Positions 17,469-23,677 of a DNA stretch of 23,677 nt are shown here, in pieces. This DNA is from Nitrospinota bacterium (GTDB lineage Bacteria; Nitrospinota; Nitrospinia; Nitrospinales; VA-1): positions 1 to 23,677 of the forward strand of contig JAYNIA010000043.1 of assembly GCA_038108555.1 (NCBI GenBank). Reading direction: 5' to 3'. The notes under the pieces were generated by a model. It did no database searches, was not told the origin of the DNA, and saw only the letters and a program-made list of their open reading frames with translations. The translations under genes were made by a program, and so were the position numbers. The first letter of the stretch is position 1. Every line of letters starts with the position of its first letter.

Positions 17469-18710
17469 TTACCGCCAGCCCAGTTCTCTTGCAAGCTCTT
17501 TCAAGAAGGAAGATGAATCCATTACGAGGCCTACAGATTGAAAACTTCCCCGGTCGCTCAGTTTGGTTGGGACAGCGGGGTTAATATCGACACACACGGA
17601 AGGAATCCTTGCAGGCAAGCAGTTTCCTGTGGCAATAGCATGCAAGGTGGTCGCAACCATCAACACCAGCCCTACCCCGGAAAGGTTAGCCCGCATCTCA
17701 TTTTGGGCTTTTACTGTATCCGTAATGACATCCGGCAAGGGGCCATCATCCCGGATGCTGCCAGCCAAAACCATGTCAACGTTTTGCCGAACGCAAGAAG
17801 CCATAATTCCATCTTTAATCAATCCGGATTCCACGGCCTGGCGGATGCTTCCCGCTTTGCGAACTTTATTGATGGTGCGAAGGTGGTGCTCGTGCCCATG
17901 TTGCGCTAAACACCCGGCCTTCAGTCCAAATCCCAATGAAGTACGAAATAAATCAGCTTCCATATCGTGAACGGGCAAAGCATTCCCGCTGAATAAAACC
18001 TGAATAAACCCTTCATCAATAAGCCACGAGAGAACCTCCCGCGCTCCTGAGTGCACAATGGCGGGTCCCCCCACAAACAGCACCTTCGTTCCAAGTTCAG
18101 GATCTTCTTTTCCCTTTTGCCGATTATCCCGAATCAAACGCATACGCCTGGCGATATCGGCAATAATATGTTTGCTCGGCCTTTCAGATGAAACCTGTGC
18201 CTCCATAAATGAGAACGCATCACGACCCCTCGGACGTTCCAGGGGAAAAACACGGATGCCCTGGTGCCCTGTAACAATGAAGTCTCCCTTTTTAACTGAA
18301 GCCATAGGAATTGCAATAGCTTGATCCAATTGGACACGAATGGCCAGGTCCATTTCAATGGATTCAACATCCACCCACTGTCCATTTAAACGAATCTGTG
18401 TGGGAAGGTGGGTCGTGGTGTAAAACGAATCTGGAAGAACACCGTCCTGGAGGGCTGTCTGGGTCGTGCAATCCGATAAAGTTTCCACTTCCGCTCCATG
18501 CGCCTGAATTGCCTCGAGAATCTCTTCGAGTTTATCGGGGGACTCGGCATGGACAGCAATTTTAGCAAGGGTGGTATCCTCACGTGTGACACCAATATCC
18601 AAATGGTTTATCTCAAAAGTTCCCCCTCCTTGAAGAATAATATCCAGAACTTTCGGCAAAATGAGCGAATCGATAATATGCCCTTTAAGGATTACAGTCT
18701 CGGTTTCCAT
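17469..18710 (-). CDS. TIGR00300 family protein (homologue of the ArgZ/AgrE C-terminal region; ornithine cyclodeaminase-like)
   Basis: Motifs LKGHIIDS, DGV.P..FY.TT, EMD, FSFM...VSSERP, GPAIVHSG, GNAL.VHD.E, LAGSIRDDGPLPDV, LHAIATGN, CVDINP and KL.DRGS.Q. Confidence 0.88.
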   Translation of the reverse strand: METETVILKGHIIDSLILPKVLDIILQGGGTFEINHLDIGVTREDTTLAKIAVHAESPDKLEEILEAIQAHGAEVETLSDCTTQTALQDGVLPDSFYTTTHLPTQIRLNGQWVDVESIEMDLAIRVQLDQAIAIPMASVKKGDFIVTGHQGIRVFPLERPRGRDAFSFMEAQVSSERPSKHIIADIARRMRLIRDNRQKGKEDPELGTKVLFVGGPAIVHSGAREVLSWLIDEGFIQVLFSGNALPVHDMEADLFRTSLGFGLKAGCLAQHGHEHHLRTINKVRKAGSIRQAVESGLIKDGIMASCVRQNVDMVLAGSIRDDGPLPDVITDTVKAQNEMRANLSGVGLVLMVATTLHAIATGNCLPARIPSVCVDINPAVPTKLSDRGSFQSVGLVMDSSSFLKELARELGWR

Positions 18711-18859
18711 TTTTTAGCGCCCCTATAAATTACTTTGACCATTAACTCTCATAGTTTACTCTTTTGGATCAGCAAGGGGAAATGAGGAAATTAAGCGCGG
18801 GGAGATCAGTAAGTATACTAAAAAAAAACACCCGCCGCTGCATCTGAAATGCTTGTAGC

Positions 18860-18988
18860 TTACCTACTCCGCGTCACGCCTATTTTTGGACAATGCTTTT
18901 CGACGGGACAAGTGGAGCAAAATGGGGATGTGGGTTTGCATAAGTTTTGTCCAAACGACACCAGCAGATTGTTTTAACTTTTCCAATA
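18860..18988 (-). pseudogene. Displaced relic of the nth 3' end (43 codons including the [4Fe-4S] Cys motif)
   Basis: The minus strand translates [41 protein letters not shown]. By hand alignment 105/129 nt are identical to 19787-19915 with no indels. No start codon, one internal TAA. Confidence 0.92.
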
Positions 18989-19027
18989 CAATTCCCGCTA
19001 CACACTTTCGCTCCTATCCCCCTCACC

Positions 19028-19064
19028 TTGACAGAAGCCAAAACATTGTGTATTTTTATACACA
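19028..19064 (+). promoter_or_regulatory. hicAB promoter with overlapping palindromic operator
   Basis: TTGACA (19028-33), 17-nt spacer, TATTTT (19051-56). The inverted repeat TGTGTAT-TTTT-ATACACA (19047-64) covers the -10 and ends on the A of the ATG. Confidence 0.75.
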
Positions 19065-19255
19065 TGATAAAGAACAGCCGTGATATTATCAAGAAGCTTA
19101 AAAAAGACGGCTGGTTTGAAGTCAACAGGGTCGGCAGTCATGTGCAATTTAAACACGGGGAACAACCAGGACGGGTCACCGTGCCACACCCTGCCAAGGA
19201 TTTACCAACTGGAACGGCACGAAGCATTTATAAACAGGCGGGATGGATAAAATGA
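19064..19255 (+). CDS. hicA: HicA family mRNA interferase toxin (63 aa)
   Basis: Motif S..IIK.L.KDGW......GSH.QFKH...PGRVTVPHP.KDLP.GT.RSI.KQAG, with the catalytic GSH His intact. Confidence 0.93.
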   Translation: MIKNSRDIIKKLKKDGWFEVNRVGSHVQFKHGEQPGRVTVPHPAKDLPTGTARSIYKQAGWIK

Positions 19256-19779
19256 AACACTATATCGGCTTAATCAGGAAAGAAAAAGGTTCCTGCTACG
19301 GTGTCGACTTTCCCGATTTCCCCGGGTGCATCACCGCAGGAGATACAGCAGAGGAAGCGCAAGCCAACGCTGTAGCCGCTCTAGATCTGCATGTCGCAGG
19401 GATGATTGAAGATGGCGAGCGGTTACCAAAAGCCACGGGTCTCGATGAAATTCTGGAAGAGCCTGACAATCTCGATGGATTGGTGTTAGCGGTACAGGTT
19501 CCTCTGATCGATAAGAAATCCAAACGGGTACGGGTAGATATAACTATCCCCAAAGATTTGTCGAATCAGGTGGATAAACATGTTAGTCGCACCGAAGGGG
19601 TGAACCGATCGTCATTTTTTACTACCGCCGGGGCAGCCTATTTACAGCATGTCAGCCGTCCAGTGGGAAAAAGGCAGGGAACAGTGAAAAAGGCACGATC
19701 ATCGGCAATGACAGTGAAAACCAAAACCTCCAGGAAAGTCTCAAAAAGCCGGTCAAACAGAAAAATAACCCACCGCTGA
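19252..19779 (+). CDS. hicB: HicB family antitoxin with a ribbon-helix-helix domain and a basic C-terminal extension
   Basis: N-domain YGVDFPDFPGCITAGDT.EEA...A..AL and RHH RVRVDITIP.DL...VD......NRSSF. The ATG overlaps the hicA stop (ATGA). Confidence 0.93.
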   Translation: MKHYIGLIRKEKGSCYGVDFPDFPGCITAGDTAEEAQANAVAALDLHVAGMIEDGERLPKATGLDEILEEPDNLDGLVLAVQVPLIDKKSKRVRVDITIPKDLSNQVDKHVSRTEGVNRSSFFTTAGAAYLQHVSRPVGKRQGTVKKARSSAMTVKTKTSRKVSKSRSNRKITHR

Positions 19780-19786
19780 GCTTGGA

Positions 19787-20449
19787 CTACCTGTTTCTTG
19801 ATACGCCAATTTTTGGACAATGCTTTTCGACGGGACAATTGGTGCAAAACGGCGAGACGGGTTTGCAGAGGTTTTGTCCAAAAGACACCAGCAGGTCGTT
19901 GTAACCTTTCCAGTATTGTTTCGGAAGAATATCGCGGAGCACCCTTTCCGTTTCATCGGGTGATTTGGTTTTGACATAGCCCCAGCGGTTTGAGATCCGG
20001 TGGACATGGATATCAACACAGATTCCTGGCTTGTCGTGCCCCAATATCAGAGTCAGGTTGGCCGTTTTTCGCCCTACCCCTTTTAATTTGAGAAGCTCTT
20101 CCAACGTATCCGGCACTTTTCCCTCATATTCATTTACCAGGGTCTTGCAAAGTTCTTTGAGTGATTTGGCTTTGTTTCTGAAAAATGCAGCGGGGTAAAT
20201 GGCTTTTTCAATTTTTGCGTTGGACAGTTTGACCAGTTCGGCAGGAGACTTTGCCAGGTCAAACAATCTTGCCGATGCAGGCTCCGTCACGTCATCTCTT
20301 GTTCTCAAACTGATGATGCAACTGACGAGGACCGCAAACGGGTCGTTTTTTCGGGCAATGACAGTGACGCTTGGAGTGCGGAATCCTTTAACCGCTTTTT
20401 TCAGTTCCCTTACTACTTCAGCAATGTTAAAATCGATTTTTTTTCCCAC
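19787..20449 (-). CDS. nth: Endonuclease III
   Basis: Motifs PF.[8 protein letters not shown].RTRD, HhH [16 protein letters not shown], and C-X6-C-X2-C-X5-C Fe-S motif. GTG start with GAGGA SD. Confidence 0.95.
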   Translation of the reverse strand: [220 protein letters not shown]

Positions 20450-20597
20450 CCGATGTCCTCAAATTAGTGTTTTTGGGCAATTCTTAATAGTAAAAAAGCA
20501 TTGATTTTGCTAGTATAAGAGGTTTAATGGCCTCTATTTCTAATAGAATCAATCGGATAGCAATATCCTATAACTTTTAAACGAGATTTCTGGAACA

Positions 20598-21092
20598 ATG
20601 CAGCATACCATTTCCGTATTAATGAATAACCATTTCGGTGTTCTGTCACGCGTATCAGGACTCTTCAGTGGACGCGGATTCAACATTGAAAGCCTGAACG
20701 TTGCCGAAACATCGGACCCCAAAATTTCGCGCATGACAATCGTCACCATTGGCGATGACGCTAAAGTTGAACAAATCACAAAACAGTTGAACAAACTCGT
20801 TGATATTATCAAAGTAGTCGATTTGACAGAGGAAAATTTTGTCGATCGCGAACTGGTTTTGGTAAAAATGAACGCTGAAGCCCGTGTCAGGGAAGAATTG
20901 CTAAGAATAGTGGATCTGTTCCGGGCTAAAGTGGTGGATGTTAGTTCCACCACCTACACCATAGAAATTACCGGCGACGAGGGCAAAATTAAGAGCTTTC
21001 TTGAACTCTTGACTCCCATGGGAATCAAGGAAGTTGTACGTTCAGGAAGAATTGCTATAGGCCGAGGAAATAAATCGCTCACAACCAATTAA
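20598..21092 (+). CDS. ilvN: Acetolactate synthase small (regulatory) subunit
   Basis: Motifs ISVL..N..GVLSRVSGLFS.RGFNIESL.V, EQITKQLNKL, RELVLVK and E.VRSG. Confidence 0.95.
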   Translation: MQHTISVLMNNHFGVLSRVSGLFSGRGFNIESLNVAETSDPKISRMTIVTIGDDAKVEQITKQLNKLVDIIKVVDLTEENFVDRELVLVKMNAEARVREELLRIVDLFRAKVVDVSSTTYTIEITGDEGKIKSFLELLTPMGIKEVVRSGRIAIGRGNKSLTTN

Positions 21093-21110
21093 AGGATAAG
21101 GAGAAAAGTT

Positions 21111-22112
21111 TTGTCTAAGATTTACTACAACAAAGACGCGGATATAAAAATTCTCAAGAAAAAAACCATCGCTATTATCGGATATGGCAGCCAGGGCCAT
21201 GCCCATGCTCGTAACCTGCATGACAGCGGCATGAACGTCATGGTCGGCCTGCGTAAGGGAAGCGCCTTTTGGAAGCGCGCTCAAAAAGACGGCCTGAAAG
21301 TTGTCACCGTACCTGAAGCCGCCAAGCAAGCAGACATCATGATGATCTTGATCCCCGATGACAAACAACGGGAGATGTATGAGAACGATATTGCACCGCA
21401 TCTTAAAAAAGGCCAGGCCCTTGCCTTCGGTCATGGTTTCAATATCCACTTCGGTCAGATCGAACCTCCCAGTAATGTTGATGTCTTCATGGTGGCCCCA
21501 AAAGGTCCGGGTCATTTGGTACGCAGAACCTACGAACAAGGCGCGGGTGTCCCCTGTCTCATGGCCATCCACCAAAACGCGACCAAGAACGCTAAGAAAA
21601 TCGCACTGGCGTACGCAAAAGGAATTGGTGGAACACGCGCAGGGGTTCTGGAAACCAACTTTAAAGAAGAAACCGAAACCGACCTTTTTGGTGAGCAGGT
21701 CGTCTTATGCGGAGGGGTTACCGAACTGATTCGCTCCGGTTACGACACGCTCGTGGATGCGGGTTACGATCCAAACTTGGCTTATTTTGAATGTTTGCAT
21801 GAGCTAAAATTAATTGTTGATTTGATCTATGAAGGCGGAATCGGCAATATGCGTTATTCCATTAGTACGACAGCCGCTTATGGTGATGTCACCCGAGGAC
21901 CACGCATCATCACCGATGAAACCCGTGCTGAGATGAAGAAAATTCTGGGCGAAATTCAAAGTGGCAGTTTCGCCAAAGAGTTTATTCTTGAAAACAAAGC
22001 CAATCGGCCCATGTTCAATGCTTTGCTCAGACAAGGAAAAGAGCACCGGGTAGAACAGGTGGGAGAGAAGTTGCGCAAGATGATGCCTTTCGTCGGCAAA
22101 AAACTGCAGTAA
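21111..22112 (+). CDS. ilvC: Ketol-acid reductoisomerase
   Basis: Motifs [45 protein letters not shown] and [17 protein letters not shown] start. Confidence 0.97.
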   Translation: MSKIYYNKDADIKILKKKTIAIIGYGSQGHAHARNLHDSGMNVMVGLRKGSAFWKRAQKDGLKVVTVPEAAKQADIMMILIPDDKQREMYENDIAPHLKKGQALAFGHGFNIHFGQIEPPSNVDVFMVAPKGPGHLVRRTYEQGAGVPCLMAIHQNATKNAKKIALAYAKGIGGTRAGVLETNFKEETETDLFGEQVVLCGGVTELIRSGYDTLVDAGYDPNLAYFECLHELKLIVDLIYEGGIGNMRYSISTTAAYGDVTRGPRIITDETRAEMKKILGEIQSGSFAKEFILENKANRPMFNALLRQGKEHRVEQVGEKLRKMMPFVGKKLQ

Positions 22113-22124
22113 GGGCAAAACTTT

Positions 22125-22757
22125 ATGCGCAGTCCCATAGCCAAAGAAGGCTTTATATTCATTATTCCCCTGGCTTTTATAGCTGCGGTTTTATTTACAT
22201 TTTCGTTTTACTGGGCGGGAGGCCTGGTCGAGGGACTATTCCTTTTCTGCTGCTGGTTTTTTCGTGATCCCGAGCGGGTTATTCCACAGGAGCCCAATGT
22301 TGTTGTCTCCCCTGCGGATGGCAAAGTGGTAGAAATCATTGAGGAGAATGACCCGTTGTTGCCGGATGACAACTACACAAGGGTCAGTATCTTTTTGAAT
22401 GTTTTCAATGTTCATGTGAATCGCGTCCCGGTAGCTGGTAAAATTGTGGCAACGCGGTACAATAAAGGCAAGTTTCTGAATGCTGCCAGCCACAAGGCAT
22501 CTTTGGATAACGAACAAAATGCCATTGTGATTGATACGGGATCAACCCGGGTTCTGGTCAAACAAATTGCGGGGCTGATTGCAAGACGTATTGTCTGTTA
22601 TGCTAAGGAAGGAGATGACTATGAACTGGGAGAACGATTTGGGTTAATCCGTTTCGGTTCCCGGACCGACATCTTCCTTCCTGAAGGAAGCGTGATAAAA
22701 GTCAAAGAAGGTGATAAAGTAAGTGGTGGCAGTTCAATCATTGGATTTTTAAAATAA
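22125..22757 (+). CDS. psd: Phosphatidylserine decarboxylase proenzyme
   Basis: Motifs FFRDPER, SPADGKV, SIFLNVFNVHVNR.P, QIAG.IARRI and the RFGSR autocleavage site. Confidence 0.94.
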   Translation: MRSPIAKEGFIFIIPLAFIAAVLFTFSFYWAGGLVEGLFLFCCWFFRDPERVIPQEPNVVVSPADGKVVEIIEENDPLLPDDNYTRVSIFLNVFNVHVNRVPVAGKIVATRYNKGKFLNAASHKASLDNEQNAIVIDTGSTRVLVKQIAGLIARRIVCYAKEGDDYELGERFGLIRFGSRTDIFLPEGSVIKVKEGDKVSGGSSIIGFLK

Positions 22758-22769
22758 CTGCAAAATAAG

Positions 22770-23513
22770 ATGAAACCAAGAAAAGGAATCCATATACTCC
22801 CCAGCCTGTTCACGACAGGAAACGTGTTTTGTGGCTTCTATGCTTTTGTCGCTGTATTAAACGAAGACTATTACCAGGCGGCGTGGGCAATTGTCATTGG
22901 TATGATCTTCGATGGTTTGGACGGCCGTATTGCCCGGTTGACCAAGACCACCAGTGCTTTTGGGATGCAGTACGATTCCCTGGCAGATATTATTACCTTC
23001 GGAATGGCTCCGGCCTTTCTTGCCTATTCCTGGGTTTTGAAACCCTTTGGGCGACTGGGTTGGATGGCGGCGTTCCTGTTCCTGCTTTGTGCCGCTCTGC
23101 GACTGGCCCGTTTCAATGTAACCAAGCCTGATATCCGTGGTTCCCATTTCATTGGTTTGCCCAGCCCCGCTGCGGCTATTGTTGTGGCATCAATAGTTAT
23201 AGCTTTTGAAGATTTATTTGCCGCCAGGATTAATCCTTTCATCATGGTCATGGTAATTTATTTATTGGCCTTTTTAATGGTGAGCAACATCAAGTATCCG
23301 GCCTTTAAAAAACTGGATTTCAAAAAACGTGTCGCTTTTTCGCGGTTTCTGTTCGTAATTCTTTTCTTTTATGTTCTTGCAACCATTCCACGGGTTGCCC
23401 TTTTTATACTATGCATCACCTATACGGTGATCGGCCCCATTGGATTGTTAATGAAAAATAAGGATGCCGTCGCCGAAGAAGAAACGACACCTCCTGCTCA
23501 AACCCCACAATAA
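22770..23513 (+). CDS. pssA: CDP-diacylglycerol--serine O-phosphatidyltransferase
   Basis: CDP-alcohol phosphotransferase motif DGLDGRIAR......FG...DSLAD, plus LRLARFN and F.GLPSPAAA. Follows psd. Confidence 0.94.
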   Translation: MKPRKGIHILPSLFTTGNVFCGFYAFVAVLNEDYYQAAWAIVIGMIFDGLDGRIARLTKTTSAFGMQYDSLADIITFGMAPAFLAYSWVLKPFGRLGWMAAFLFLLCAALRLARFNVTKPDIRGSHFIGLPSPAAAIVVASIVIAFEDLFAARINPFIMVMVIYLLAFLMVSNIKYPAFKKLDFKKRVAFSRFLFVILFFYVLATIPRVALFILCITYTVIGPIGLLMKNKDAVAEEETTPPAQTPQ

Positions 23514-23521
23514 GAGTCCCC

Positions 23522-23677
23522 ATGTCCTGGTTAGATAAGTTAATTGGCAAAAAGTCTACAAAAGACGAAGACCTTTGGGTCACATGTAAAAAATGCAATG
23601 AACAGATTTTTGTTTCCGAATTTGAAGACAATCTAAAAGTCTGCACCAAATGCGAATATCATTTTCGACTTGATGCC
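23522..23677 (+). CDS. accD: Acetyl-CoA carboxylase carboxyltransferase beta subunit, N-terminal fragment running off the window
   Basis: Not in the ORF track. Translates MSWLDKLIGKKSTKDEDLWVTCKKCNEQIFVSEFEDNLKVCTKCEYHFRLDA, showing the LW..C-X2-C-X15-C-X2-C..HFRL zinc finger typical of AccD. Confidence 0.88.
   Translation, partial: MSWLDKLIGKKSTKDEDLWVTCKKCNEQIFVSEFEDNLKVCTKCEYHFRLDA

Larger units (their letters stand above)
18860..19915. mobile_element. Minimal hicAB islet flanked by direct repeats of the nth 3' end (attL/attR-like), no integrase
   Basis: Repeats 18860-18988 and 19787-19915 are offset by 927 bp and include a 30-bp perfect block (18882-18911 / 19809-19838). Only hicAB and its promoter lie between them. 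Confidence 0.7.

Noticed and set aside
18815..18859. Minus-strand terminator after the nth relic (T9 tract)
   Set aside because: No strong stem directly abuts the T-tract, so it was not called.
18947..19063. N-terminal extension of HicA given by the ORF track (102 aa)
   Set aside because: The extension runs through the nth relic and the hicAB promoter. HicA similarity begins only at ATG 19064.
18880..20019. Two similar minus-strand ORFs (18880-19125 and 19753-20019) sharing CWC.LDKT.ANP...FAP.VPSKSIVQK
   Set aside because: They are off-frame shadows of the duplicated nth tail. Synonymous changes fall in the nth frame, so these are not a paralogous gene pair.
1..23677. CRISPR array, tRNA, rRNA, integrase or transposase, and the many short antisense ORFs
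   Set aside because: No regularly spaced repeats, RNA gene signatures or recombinase motifs were seen by eye. The short ORFs overlap well-supported genes and show no family motifs.

Overview
Bacterial chromosomal window of moderate GC content with dense, mostly core genes. The gene mix suggests a Nitrospina-like organism, but that is an impression from gene content, not a search result. In order it holds: a pentapeptide-repeat gene cut by the window edge, two tandem SlyD-type FKBP PPIases, a divergent FGE/SUMF1-fold lipoprotein and secreted beta-propeller pair, a probable lysine-catabolic cluster (lysine 6-dehydrogenase-like, ALDH, HglS/HPPD-like VOC dioxygenase), a DUF1566 protein, alr, pyrD, a SPOR protein, a Ca2+/Na+ antiporter, a bactofilin-TM-TPR fusion, rph, an OprO/P porin, a FetB-like permease, a TIGR00300 ornithine-cyclodeaminase-like gene, hicAB, nth, ilvN-ilvC-psd-pssA and the start of accD. 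Four observations stand out. (1) hicAB sits in a ~0.93 kb integrase-less islet bounded by an 81%-identical, indel-free 129 bp direct repeat of the nth 3' end, an attL/attR-like gene-restoring insertion scar. (2) A bactofilin is fused through a transmembrane helix to a long periplasmic TPR solenoid. (3) The compact lysine pathway includes a short VOC dioxygenase with both HglS and HPPD motifs. (4) A terminator spanned by a 26-codon uORF is coupled to an exported SlyD-like PPIase. No CRISPR array, tRNA, rRNA, integrase or transposase was recognised.
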